Positions 42,750 to 53,297 of a stretch of DNA of 64,000 nt are shown one piece after another. Below the pieces are notes generated by a model, which was not told the DNA's origin, did no database searches, and worked only from the letters and a program-made list of their open reading frames with translations. A program made the translations under genes and the position numbers. Position 1 is the first letter of the stretch. Each line of letters starts with the position of its first letter. Location of the stretch: contig CAWJSJ010000005.1 in NCBI GenBank assembly GCA_963845565.1, forward strand, positions 256,001-320,000, given 5' to 3'. Source of the stretch: an uncultured Methylomirabilota bacterium (lineage in GTDB: Bacteria; Methylomirabilota; Methylomirabilia; Methylomirabilales; 2-02-FULL-66-22).

Positions 42750-43882
42750 CCATGCGCCTCGAACGCGGGCAGTTGTGCGTTGTGGTGATGATCGACGGGT
42801 TCGGGATGGACTATTATCGCGCGTCGGAGATGCCGGTGCTGAAACGGATGGCCCGGGACGGCTTCTTCCGCGAGGGGTCGGCCGTCTTCCCGACGCTGAC
42901 GAACGCGAACAACCTCTCGATCGTCTGCGGCGCCTTTCCGGAGACCCACGGCGTCACGACGAACTGTTACCTCGATCCGGCCACCAACCGACCGGCATTC
43001 CTGGAGGACCCGGGGTTCCTGAAGAGCCCGACCCTGTTCGACGTCGCCGCACGTCGCGGGATCCGCTCGGCGCTGGTGACGTCGAAGTCGAAGACCGTGC
43101 GCATCCTCGGCCCGTCGGTCGCGGTCGGTGTTGCCGTGCAGGACCCCGACCCGGCGACGATCGCGCGATTCGGGACGCCGCCCGACATCTACTCCGTCGA
43201 GGCGAACGAGTGGATCATGCGCACCGGCCTGCGAATCCTCGAGGAGGAGCCGGACATCGGGGTCCTGTACGTCCACACGACCGACTACCCGATGCACATG
43301 TGGGGGCCGGACGCCCTCCAGTCGCTCGACCACCTGGCGCGGCTCGACTGGCTGATCGGGGAGATGGTCGAGCGGCATCCGGATGCTGCCTTCCTCGTCA
43401 CGGCCGACCACGGGATGAACCCGAAGTCGGATTGCCTGGACCTCGAGACGATCCTCAGCGCCGCTGGGTTCCCGATCAAGGCCGCGATCTCGCCGGTAGC
43501 CGACCGGCTCGTGAAGCACCATGGCGGCCACGGTGGGGTGTCGTACGTCTACCTGTCAGACCGGGGCGCCCGCGCCGACGTCATTGAATTCCTCAGGGGC
43601 CTTCCCGGCGTCGACCGGGTGCTTCCATCCGAGGCGGCCGCGGTCGCGTACCGTCTGGACGCGGACCGCATCGGCGACGTCGTCGTCGGGGCCGACCACG
43701 ACACGGTGTTCGGCTCCGTCGGCCACGACCGGGTCTCCCTTGATCCCGGGTATCGCAACCACGGCTCCCGGTTTGAGGCTGAGATTCCGTTGATCGCGTG
43801 GAACGCGCCGCTTCGCCCCGGCGACGACATCCGGTTCAACCTCGATCTCACCCGGGCGGTTTTCTTCGATGAAACCGCCTGA
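42746..43882 (+). CDS. Alkaline-phosphatase-superfamily hydrolase, phosphonoacetate hydrolase (PhnA)-like, copy 1
   Basis: MIDG, PTLTNANNLSIVCG (Thr nucleophile), TTDYPMH, TADHGMN, RNHG. Confidence 0.85.
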   Translation: MTMRLERGQLCVVVMIDGFGMDYYRASEMPVLKRMARDGFFREGSAVFPTLTNANNLSIVCGAFPETHGVTTNCYLDPATNRPAFLEDPGFLKSPTLFDVAARRGIRSALVTSKSKTVRILGPSVAVGVAVQDPDPATIARFGTPPDIYSVEANEWIMRTGLRILEEEPDIGVLYVHTTDYPMHMWGPDALQSLDHLARLDWLIGEMVERHPDAAFLVTADHGMNPKSDCLDLETILSAAGFPIKAAISPVADRLVKHHGGHGGVSYVYLSDRGARADVIEFLRGLPGVDRVLPSEAAAVAYRLDADRIGDVVVGADHDTVFGSVGHDRVSLDPGYRNHGSRFEAEIPLIAWNAPLRPGDDIRFNLDLTRAVFFDETA

Positions 43883-45020
43883 GGGAGGCATAGCGCGCAT
43901 GCAACACCAGCGGCTCGTCATCGGGATGATGGATGGACTAGGGTTGCCTACGTATCGGGCGTCCCGGATGCCGACGCTCAACCGCATGGAGCGCCACGCC
44001 AACCTGTTCGCCGCCGTGGCGGGCGTCTTCCCGAGCGTCACGAACGTGAACAACGTATCGATCGCGTGCGGGAGCTGGCCCGTGGAGCACGGGATCACCG
44101 CGAACTCTTACTACGACCCCACTGAGGCGCGGGCCGTCTACATGAACGACGCCTCGCTGATCCTTGTCAAGACGCTCTTCCAGCGCGCGGCCGAATGGGG
44201 GGTTCGCTCCGCGCTGCTCACGAGCAAGCGGAAGACGGCTGAGCTGTTTCGCGCGGGGACGGAGATCTTGCTGGCCGCCGAGGCGCCCGATCCGGCGTTC
44301 GTCGAGCGGTACGGGCCGCCCGCCGGAATTTACAGTCGCGAGATCAATTACTGGCTCTGGGACGTCGCCGTCGATTTGCTACGCACCCGTCCGGACATCG
44401 GACTGCTCTACGTCCACACGACGGACTACCCGATGCACGCGTGGGCGGAATCCGCCGCCGAATCGCTGGAGCATCTGGAGGAGGTGGACCGTCGGGTGGG
44501 GGAGGCGATCGAGGCGGCGCCCGACGCGGCCTTCCTCGTCACCGCCGACCACGGGATGAACAACAAGACGCGCTGCTACGACCTCGAGAAGGTCTGCCGC
44601 GACGCGGGGCGCCCGGTGCGCTTCGTCCTGTCGCCGGAGCGGGACTACTACATCGTCCATCACCGGAACTTCACCGGCTGCTCGTGGATTTGGCTCGAGC
44701 GGGAGGAGGACCGGGAGGCCGTCCGCGGGGTGGTTTCCGGTCTGCCGGGCGTGGAGCGCGTGGTGGACTCGGCCGACGCGGCGCGCGAGTTCCGGACCGA
44801 CCCCGCCCGCATCGGCGACCTTGTCGTCTTCGGCGACCGCGACACGATGTTCGGCGAGATGGAGCGTGCGGTCGAGGAGTTACCCGCGACGTACCGCGCG
44901 CACGGCTCGATGCACGAAATGGAATTGCCGCTCATCATCTACAACTACCGGCATCCGCTCCCCCCGCCGGCGTTCTTCCGCCACAACCTCGACCTGACGC
45001 GGTTCCTCTTCCGCGCGTAG
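43869..45020 (+). CDS. PhnA-like hydrolase, copy 2
   Basis: MMDG, PSVTNVNNVSIACG, TTDYPMH, TADHGMN, RAHG. Confidence 0.85.
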   Translation: MKPPEGGIARMQHQRLVIGMMDGLGLPTYRASRMPTLNRMERHANLFAAVAGVFPSVTNVNNVSIACGSWPVEHGITANSYYDPTEARAVYMNDASLILVKTLFQRAAEWGVRSALLTSKRKTAELFRAGTEILLAAEAPDPAFVERYGPPAGIYSREINYWLWDVAVDLLRTRPDIGLLYVHTTDYPMHAWAESAAESLEHLEEVDRRVGEAIEAAPDAAFLVTADHGMNNKTRCYDLEKVCRDAGRPVRFVLSPERDYYIVHHRNFTGCSWIWLEREEDREAVRGVVSGLPGVERVVDSADAAREFRTDPARIGDLVVFGDRDTMFGEMERAVEELPATYRAHGSMHEMELPLIIYNYRHPLPPPAFFRHNLDLTRFLFRA

Positions 45021-45198
45021 CGGCAGGATAATCGGATCTGCGCGGGCGGTACACGCCCGCGTGCCTTGCCGCCTCGGCCTGCCGCAATGAATGACAAGTG
45101 CTTGCGCCGTCGTGAAGAACCACACCGCCAGAACGCTGTCTGCGGTGGCCATGGGCACGGCAGACAGCGGCTGGCTTACCGTTGGCGACGATTCACTA

Positions 45199-45253
45199 TT
45201 GACATCGCGAGCGACACTGCGGTACCGTTTCCACATTGGGAAAACGATTTACC
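45199..45253 (+). promoter_or_regulatory. sigma70 promoter with LacI-type operator-like sites
   Basis: TTGACA (45199) and TACCGT (45223); imperfect palindromes GGTACCGTTTCC and GGAAAACGATTTACC. Confidence 0.5.
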
Positions 45254-45304
45254 GACATGCGAATCTGCTGTGATCGGATGGATGTGGAGGAGAGAGGGGC
45301 CGGC

Positions 45305-46630
45305 ATGAAGATCACGTTTGTGGGCGGAGGCAGTCTGGTCTGGGGAACGATGCTCCTGACAGATCTGGCGCTGACGCGGTCACTCCACGGGGCCACGATC
45401 GCGCTGCAGGACGTGGATCAGGCCGCTCTGGACCTTATGGCCGGGATGGCACGCAAGATCTCGGAGCAGGCCGGCGCCCGTTTTCGGATCGAGACGAGCA
45501 CGGAACTGGACGCCGCGGTCTCGGAGGCAAGCTTCGTGCTCGACTCCGTGGGAGTCGGTGGCTTGGAAGCGATGCGTGCGGATCTGGAGATTCCTGCCCG
45601 GTATGGCGTGGCCCAGCCCGTGGGCTGCAACGTTGGACCTGGCGGCATCAACCGGGCGCTGCGCCACATCCCTCATATCCTTCGCGTCTGCCGGACCATG
45701 GAGACCGCCTGTCCCGATGCCTGGCTGCTCATCCTCACCAACCCCTTGACCCAGTTGACCCGCGCCGCCACCCGGGAGTCCGGCATCAAGACCATCGGAC
45801 TGTGCCACGAGATGCTCCACTCCCGGTACCGGATCGCCCAGGGCCTCGGGGTCGCCCCGGAATCCCTCTGGTTCCGGGCGGGCGGCATCAACCACCTTCC
45901 CTGGATCACCGAAATGCGGATCGGGGAACAGGATGGGTTCACCTTCCTGCGGAAGTGGCTGGCCGAGCACGGCGCCCTCCGATATGCCAAGGAGGGGCTC
46001 CTCAACACGTGTGACAGCGTCTTCGAGGACCGGCACGCGGTGAAGTTCAGCCTCTTCGAAGCCTACGGGATCCTGGCGGGGGGCGGGGATCGCCACGTGG
46101 CGGAGTTCTACCCGCACTTTATCCGGCGCGAGACCAACTGGGGGTTGGACTACGGCGTGGAGCTCACCACCGTCGAGCATCGCCTGGAGCGCCATGCCCG
46201 GGAGCGGAATCGTCTGCTGCGCTGTCTCCGGGGGGAGGAGCCGCTTCCCCTCGAGCACTCCATCGAGGAGGTGGCGGAGCTCGTGGCCGCCCTGAGTGGC
46301 GGCGCGCCTGGGCGATTCATCGTCAATCTGCCGAACCAGGGGCAGATCCCCAATCTTCCGACCGGCGCCGTGGTGGAGTGCTATGCAGGGATCGACGGCT
46401 GGGGGGTCCGCCCCGAGTTCATCGGCCCGCTGCCTCACGGACCCGCCGAGGTCTGTCTGAGCCATCTGGCCGAACAGGAGTTGACCGTGGATGCCGGGAT
46501 CCGGGGGGATCGCCATACCGCCCTCCAGGCTCTCCTGATGGATCCGGCGATCCAGACCTGGTCCAGCGCCGGCCCGATGCTGGAAGAGATGCTGAAGGCC
46601 ACCGCAGCCTTTCTGCCGCAGTTCCGGTAG
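45305..46630 (+). CDS. Glycoside hydrolase family 4 (NAD+/Mn2+-dependent; MelA/LplD-like)
   Basis: KITFVGGGS, DLEIPARYG, GPGG, TNP, IGLCH, GINH, NLPNQGQIPNLP. Confidence 0.92.
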   Translation: MKITFVGGGSLVWGTMLLTDLALTRSLHGATIALQDVDQAALDLMAGMARKISEQAGARFRIETSTELDAAVSEASFVLDSVGVGGLEAMRADLEIPARYGVAQPVGCNVGPGGINRALRHIPHILRVCRTMETACPDAWLLILTNPLTQLTRAATRESGIKTIGLCHEMLHSRYRIAQGLGVAPESLWFRAGGINHLPWITEMRIGEQDGFTFLRKWLAEHGALRYAKEGLLNTCDSVFEDRHAVKFSLFEAYGILAGGGDRHVAEFYPHFIRRETNWGLDYGVELTTVEHRLERHARERNRLLRCLRGEEPLPLEHSIEEVAELVAALSGGAPGRFIVNLPNQGQIPNLPTGAVVECYAGIDGWGVRPEFIGPLPHGPAEVCLSHLAEQELTVDAGIRGDRHTALQALLMDPAIQTWSSAGPMLEEMLKATAAFLPQFR

Positions 46631-46639
46631 GGACGAGGT

Positions 46640-47700
46640 ATGGGCCGACCGACGATCCTGGACGTGGCGCGCCGCGCCGGGGTGTCCCCGCCGTGGTGTC
46701 CCACGTGATCAACGAGAACCCCGCGCACGTCGGCGAGGCCACCCGGCGCCGGGTGAAGGCCGTGATCGCCGAGATCGGCTATCGCCCATCCGGCGTGGCG
46801 AAAAGTCTCCGACGCCGCCACACCCGGACCCTGGGTCTGGTGATCTGCGACGCCACCAGTGCGCTCTTCGCCCCGGTGGCGCGCGGGGTGGAGGCCGTGG
46901 CCAGCCGCGCGGGCTACCAGGTGCTGCTGGTCCACGCGCCTGATCCCGCGACCGAGCGGGAAGCCCTGGCCGTCCTGGCCGCTCATCCGGTCGAGGGCGT
47001 GATCCTCATGGCCGTATCCACGCGGCAGAAAGCCCCCCACCTGGCGGAGGCCGGGGAGCTGCCGATCGCTGTCATCAATCGCTACGGGGTGGGCCCGCGC
47101 TTCACGCGGATCCGTTGGGATGACCGTTCCGGGGCCCGTCTCGCCGTCGAACACCTCTTCCGGCTCGGTCATAGGCGCATCGGCTTCATCGGAGGTCCGC
47201 GCACGGGGCCCGCGGCACGCCTCTCGGCGATCCGGAGGTTGGAGGGGTTCCGCGCGGCTCACCAGGCGGCGGGAATCCCGGTTGCCGAAAGCGTGATCGT
47301 TTCGGGGGATTATTCGGTTGAGGCCGGCGTACGCGGCGCGGAGCGGTTGTGCCGGCTGGCGCAGCGTCCGACGGCAATCGTTGCCTCCGATGACACCATG
47401 GCCATGGGGGCGCTTCGCGGTATTCGAGATTCCGACCTGCGCTGTCCGGAGGATGTCGCCGTGGTCGGGATAGGGGACCCCCCATTCATGGCCTTCGCCC
47501 ACCCCCCTCTCACGACGGTGGCGCTGCCCGTCGAGGAAGCGGGGGCCCTGGCGGCGGAGTGTGTTCTGGAGCAGGTTGAGGACTCGGACGAGAGACCACG
47601 GACCGAGATCCTTCCCTGCCGCCTCGTCGTCCGCGCGTCGTGCGGGGTGGCGCGCCTTCCGACGGATCGGATGGTGCGTCTCACCGGAAGGCGCCGGTGA
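46640..47700 (+). CDS. LacI family regulator, frameshift near 46690
   Basis: PTILDVARRAGVS / VSHVIN...YRPS..A.SL; GHRRIGFI, PPLTTV. Confidence 0.9.
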
Positions 47701-47815
47701 TGAAGGTTCCTGTGCCTGCTGGTGCGATACGTGAGGTCCCGCCCCGTCCGGTGTGGCGGGAGCGCGGTGAGTCAACTACAACACGTTGGGAGCCCGTGGA
47801 CGGGCGGAGGGCACC

Positions 47816-49066
47816 ATGAGACATCGAAAAATTGGGATCCTGCTGTTGGTGGCGGGGCTGCTCATCGCGGTGGTCGGTCAGGCCGACGCCCAGGTGCAGA
47901 CCCTGCGCTTCCTCTGGTTCACGGACGGCCCGGATAGGCCGGCCATCGAGGGACTGGTCAAGAAATTCAACGACACCAACCCGGACGTCAAGATCGAGTT
48001 CTCCATCGTGCCGTTCGCCGAGCTGAATCAACTCCTCGTGACGCAGGCCTCCGCGGGGCAGGCCCCGGACCTGGCGCGCGTCACCGAGCCCTACCGGTTC
48101 TTCCAGTACGCCCTGGATCTGCGTCCGCACCTCAAGAATGCCGGCTTCGCCAAGGAGTTCCTCGACGAGCCGATGAAGATGGTGCTCGGCCAGGGCGGGG
48201 AGGTGTACGGCATCCCGCACGACCTGACGATGAACGGACCCTTCGTCAACGTCAGTCTGTTTAAGAAGGCCGGCGTGGAGTTGCCCAAGGGTGAGCGGGT
48301 CACCTGGGAGGAGTGGATGGACGCGGCCGCCAAAGTGCGGAAGGCCACCGGGGTGCCCTTTGGCGCCACCGCGGACCGCAGCGGGCACCGGCTGGACGGC
48401 TTCCTTCAGTCTTACGGCGGCGGATTCTTCACCCCGGATGGGAAGGACGTCCGCATCAACAGTCCGGAGACCAAGAAGGCCGTCGAAGCGTTCGTCAAGT
48501 TTCACAAGGACGGCATCATGCCGCTGGACATCTGGGCCGGCGGCACGGGCTACGTCGGCGCCAACCAGCAATTCGTGAACGGCCAGTTGGTCTTCTACCT
48601 CTCCGGGAACTGGCAGGTGGCTCAGTTCAATGACGCCATCGGCACCAAGTTCGAGTGGAAGGCGGTCCCGAACGGTTATAACACCCAGGCCGGCGGCATG
48701 CCGGGCGGCAAGTTCCTGATCGCCTTCAAGAACAGCAAGGTCCCGGACAAGGTCGCCCGGCTCATGGAGTTTCTGGGCGGTGCCGACGCCATGACCGAGT
48801 ACGCCACCAAGGCGATGTTCCTCCCCACCCGGAAGGACCTCATCCGGCAGGGCGTCAAGTTCCCCGCCCGGAATGAAGACATGAACGTGTTCCTCAAGGG
48901 TGTCGGGACACTGCCGCAGTCCGCCTATGTGGACAACTACAACCTGCGGTTCGGGCCGATCGCCAACGAGGTCCGCGACCGCGTGACCCAGGCGATCGTC
49001 GGAGAACTCGGCGTCGACAAGGCGCTGGAGATGGCCCAAGCCAAAGCCAAGGACTTGATGAAGTAG
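47816..49066 (+). CDS. Carbohydrate ABC substrate-binding protein
   Basis: Signal peptide; APDLARVT, FVNVSLFKKAG, SGNWQ, MPGG. Confidence 0.9.
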   Translation: MRHRKIGILLLVAGLLIAVVGQADAQVQTLRFLWFTDGPDRPAIEGLVKKFNDTNPDVKIEFSIVPFAELNQLLVTQASAGQAPDLARVTEPYRFFQYALDLRPHLKNAGFAKEFLDEPMKMVLGQGGEVYGIPHDLTMNGPFVNVSLFKKAGVELPKGERVTWEEWMDAAAKVRKATGVPFGATADRSGHRLDGFLQSYGGGFFTPDGKDVRINSPETKKAVEAFVKFHKDGIMPLDIWAGGTGYVGANQQFVNGQLVFYLSGNWQVAQFNDAIGTKFEWKAVPNGYNTQAGGMPGGKFLIAFKNSKVPDKVARLMEFLGGADAMTEYATKAMFLPTRKDLIRQGVKFPARNEDMNVFLKGVGTLPQSAYVDNYNLRFGPIANEVRDRVTQAIVGELGVDKALEMAQAKAKDLMK

Positions 49067-49178
49067 TCTCGCCCTCGGGCCGCCGCACGGCCCGCCCTTC
49101 GAAACGCGCGCAGACCCCGCCCGTTCCTGCGGGTGGGGTCTGCGTCGAGGGTCGGAGGGTGCTCCGAAAAGAGGTTCC

Positions 49179-50073
49179 ATGAAAAGGGCCAGCCCCGGCC
49201 AGTCCATGCTCGCCCCATACCTGTTCCTCGCGCCGAACGTGGTGATGTTCGTGATCTTCATCATCGTCCCGGCAGGCTACAACTTCTATCTCGAGCCTGT
49301 ACCGCACGTCGCCCTTTCGGCCGCCGGCGTTCGTCGGCGCGGACAATTTCCGGTACCTCCTCCAGCAGGACGATCTCTTCTGGCGCGCGGTCTGGAACAT
49401 CGGCGTGTTCGTGGTCGGGGACGTGACGCTGATGACGGGCTTGTCCGTGCTGGTCGGCGTGCTGTTGAACCAGAACGTCCGGTTTCGCGGGTTCTTCCGG
49501 AGCGCCTTCTTCTACCCGGTGCTCCTGTCGCCGTGGTCGTGGCCCTCGTCTGGCAGTGGATCCTGAACAGCCAGTTCGGCGTGCTGAACGCGATCCTCCA
49601 GGGCCTCGGGCTCCCGCGGCAGCCCTGGCTGCTCCGGGCGGACTGGGCCATGTTCTGGGCGATCTTCGTCCACGTGTGGGCCACGCTGGGCTTCTTCGCG
49701 ATGATCGTGCTCGCGGGGCTGCAGGCGATCCCCGCCGCCCTGTACGAGGCCGCCCAGATCGACGGCGCCGGCCGGTGGGAGACCTTCCGCCACGTGACGG
49801 TGCCCATGCTCATGCCGACCTTGATGGTGGTCCTGATCCTCGGCATGATCCGCAGCTTCGAGGTCTTCGACCACATCTACGTGCTGACCGGCGGCGGACC
49901 GGCACGGCGACGCTTCTGATCGTCCAATTCATCTACCGCTCGGCGTTCCAGCTGGACCAGTCGGGGCTCGCGGCCGCGGCGTCGGTGGTGCTGTTCGTGG
50001 TCATCTTCACGCTGACGGTCGCCCAGTACCTGCTCGGCCGCTGGCGGGAGACGATCTCGCTGGACGACCTTGA
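49179..50073 (+). CDS. Carbohydrate ABC permease, several frameshifts (end approximate)
   Basis: PYLFLAP, FRSAFFYP, LAGLQAIP..LYEAAQIDGA, FDHIYVLTGGGP spread over frames. Confidence 0.8.
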
Positions 50074-50948
50074 GCGATGCCGTCACCTTGGGACCATTGC
50101 CCGGTCCCCGCCTCGGTCGCGGCCGCGGCGAACGAGTGGACCAGGCACGGTCGGCGTACGGCTGCCTCGTGCTCGGCGCGGCGGTGATGTTCCGGCCGGT
50201 GCTGTGGATGGTGCTGTCGTCGTTCAAGGACCTGAGCGAGATCTACCGGTTCCCGCCTACCTTCCTGCCGGAGCACTGGATCCTCACGGAACTACCCGAG
50301 GCGCTCCGAGCGGTTCCCGTTCCTGCGGTACCTGGCGAACAGCGTGACGGTGACGGTGGTGGCCACCGCGATCACGCTCGACGATCAACTCGATGGCGGC
50401 CTTCGCGTTGAGCAAGTACCGCTTCCGCGGCCGGGACGCCATCTTCCTGGTGATCCTCGGCACCCTGATGATCCCGCTGCAGGTCATCATGCTGCCGGTG
50501 TACCTGGTGATCGCCAAGCTCGGGATGGCGAACACGCTCTGGGGGATCATCATCCCGCCGGCGGCGACGCCCACCGGGGTGTTCCGCTCGGCAGTACATG
50601 CTGACGCTGCCCGACGAGCTGCTCGAAGCGGCGCGTATGGACGGCGCGGGGGAATTCGGTATTTACTGGCAAATGATTCTGCCGCTGACCGCACCGGCGC
50701 TGGCGGTGCTCACCGTGTTCTCGATCATGTGGCGCTGGAACGATTTTCTCTGGCCCCTGATCGTGATCAACCAGGACCGGCTGTTCACGCTGCAGCTCGG
50801 CCTGGCGCGATTCCGGGGGGAGTTGGTCACCGACTGGCACTACGTCTTCGCCATGACCGTGCTCTCCATCGTGCCCATCACGCTGGTCTTCGCCGTGCTC
50901 CAGCGATACCTCGTGAGCGGCATCGCGGCCACCGGGCTGAAAGGCTGA
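50070..50948 (+). CDS. Carbohydrate ABC permease, several frameshifts (start approximate)
   Basis: WMVLSSFK, AAFALSKYRFRGR, LPDELLEAARMDGA, WNDFLWPL. Confidence 0.8.
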
Positions 50949-50962
50949 GGAGGAGGATCAGG

Positions 50963-51969
50963 GTGCGCGCCACAGGCCTGCTCTTTCCCGAGATCAATCG
51001 CACTGCGTGGGAAGAATTCGAGGTTCCCGAGACGCCCGCCGCCCACGGCGCGGCTGTCCACTCGATCTGCAGCCTGGTGAGCCCGGGCACCGAGCTGGCG
51101 ATCTACACCGGGGCGCACATGGGGTTCAGCCTGCCCGAGCCGCCGTTCCCGCTCATCCCGCACCGGCCGGGCTATGCGCTGATCGGCGAGGTGGAGGCCG
51201 TGGGGTCGGCGGTGCAGGGAGTCGCGGTGGGGCAGCGCGTACTCATGGAGGCCGGTCACGGTACGGTGGGGGTGGCCGACACCCGGACGCACGCGGTCGT
51301 TCCCGTTCCGGCAGGAGTCCCCTCGGCCTACGCACCGCTGGCACGTATGGCGGGGATCGCCTTCACGGCCCTGCGGCTCGCGCCGCCGCACTCGGCGACC
51401 AGGTCGTCGTGATGGGGCTGGGGCTGGTCGGGTTGCTCGCCGGCCAGCTCTTTCGCCTCGCCGGGGGGCGCCCGGTGCTGGGAGTCGATCGGTTGCCCTC
51501 TCGGCTGAAGCTGGCCGAGGCGCTCGGCATCGTCCCCGTGGACACCTCTCGGGAGGAGCTGCTCCCGGCATTGCGGCGGGCGGTCGGATCGCGCGGTGCG
51601 GACATCGTCGTCGAGGCCACTGGCAGCCCGGCCCTGGTTCCGCCGGCCCTCGACAGCGCACGACAGGGGGGCTCCGTCGTGCTCCTCGGTTCCACCCGCG
51701 GGCTAGTGACCCTCGACGCGTACAGCTTGCTCCATCGGAAGGCCGTGCGCGTCGTCGGCGGCCACGAGACGGCGCTCCCCTTCAGTAGCGGTCATGCCTG
51801 GCCGCGCCTCCGCAACCTTGGTCTCGCACTGGATCTGATGGCCGCCGGCGACCTCCGCACGGACGGAATGGTCACCGACGAGCTGACCGTCGCGCAGGCC
51901 CTGAAAGCCCACGACATGTTGCGAGAGAACCCGGAGGCGCACCTCGGGGTGGTGATCCACTGGCGGTGA
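50963..51969 (+). CDS. Zinc-binding alcohol dehydrogenase family protein, frameshift near 51390
   Basis: SLVSPGTE, PGYALIGEV; GLGLVGLLA, DIVVEATG. Confidence 0.82.
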
Positions 51970-52062
51970 GCCTGGTTTCTGCGCTGCGCGAAAGAACCAA
52001 AAACACAATTCAAGCCTTTCATTTGGCTCTTGCGCGTACCGCAAGAGACCAGGAGGCATGAG

Positions 52063-53082
52063 ATGCCGGACCTTGCGCCGCTCAAGTTCGCCGTCATCGG
52101 AATCGACCACCCCCACATCTATGAGCAGGTGGCTCACCTGCTCGAACTGGGGTGTGAGTGCGCAGGATGGTACACGGATGGCGAGCCGCGCCCGCTCGAG
52201 GGGTTTCGGCGGCAATTCCCGCAGCTCGAACGGGTCAATGACCGCCGACGGCTCCTCGAGAATCCCGCGGTCGCGCTCATCGTCACGGCGGCCGTCCCCG
52301 ACCTCCGTGCGGGCATTGCCGTTGACGCCATGGCGCATGGCAAGGACGTGATGACGGACAAGCCTGGCTGTACGACGCTCGGACAACTGGACGAGGTGCG
52401 GCGCACCCAGGCCGCGACCGGGCGCATCTGGTCCGTCTGCTTTTCGGAGCGTTTCGCGGTCCGCGCCGTCACCCGAGCCGCCGAGCTCATCGTCCAAGGC
52501 GCGATAGGCCATGTCGTCAATGTGGTGGGGCTCGGTCCGCACCGCCTGAACAAGCTTCAGCGACCAGCCTGGTTCTTCGACCGCGCGCGCTACGGCGGCA
52601 TCCTCTGCGACCTGGCGTCGCATCAAATAGACCAGTTTCTCTATCTGACCGGTTCCGTTGGTGCCAGCGTCGTCGCCAGCGCCGTGGCAAACTACGCCAA
52701 CCCGGATTGCCCCGGCTTGGAAGATCTCGGAGAGGTCTGGCTGCGGGGCGAGCGGGCCACCGGCTACGCGCGCGTCGATTGGTACACACCCAACGGTCTC
52801 AACACCTGGGGGGACGGCCGGCTGACGATCCTCGGAACCGAGGGCTTCATCGAAGTGCGGAAGTACGTCGACGTCGCCGGTCGCGAAGGCGGGGACCATC
52901 TGTTCCTTGCCACCCAGAAAGAGACGCGGTACATCAATTGCGCCGACGCCTCTCTACCCTACTATCCCAGCCTTGTCCGCGATGTGCGTGAGCGCACAGA
53001 AACGGCGATGGCACAATCGCATTGCTTCAAGGTGATGGAACTGGCACTGACAGCGCAAGCGCAGGCCACCCGCCTGAACTGA
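52063..53082 (+). CDS. Gfo/Idh/MocA oxidoreductase
   Basis: IGIDHPHIY, DKPG, FSERF, GGILCDLASHQ, WGDGR. Confidence 0.9.
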   Translation: MPDLAPLKFAVIGIDHPHIYEQVAHLLELGCECAGWYTDGEPRPLEGFRRQFPQLERVNDRRRLLENPAVALIVTAAVPDLRAGIAVDAMAHGKDVMTDKPGCTTLGQLDEVRRTQAATGRIWSVCFSERFAVRAVTRAAELIVQGAIGHVVNVVGLGPHRLNKLQRPAWFFDRARYGGILCDLASHQIDQFLYLTGSVGASVVASAVANYANPDCPGLEDLGEVWLRGERATGYARVDWYTPNGLNTWGDGRLTILGTEGFIEVRKYVDVAGREGGDHLFLATQKETRYINCADASLPYYPSLVRDVRERTETAMAQSHCFKVMELALTAQAQATRLN

Positions 53083-53191
53083 TTCGGCCGCGCCCAAGGA
53101 CAGTTCCGACATCGACCGGACCCGCTGTGGCTCTGAGGTCTGCTACGCACGGCATTCTAGCGTTGCTCCGCTCGATCCGTCGTCAACAAAC

Positions 53192-53218
53192 TTAACGCCT
53201 TTGTCACGGCGCGCTAAC
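53192..53218 (+). promoter_or_regulatory. Pho-box-like array upstream of the 812-aa gene
   Basis: TTAAC/GTCAC/CTAAC at 53192/53203/53214. Confidence 0.6.
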
Positions 53219-53297
53219 ACTTGCACGCTCAAATACGCGTGGCAATTCGGGACAGAGCTCGCCTAGTCGCGAACCCGGGAGATTGGCGGGAGGACGG

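Noticed and set aside
49105..49147. Strong hairpins after substrate-binding genes (also ~31430-31465)
   Set aside because: Ordinary intercistronic stem-loops of ABC operons.
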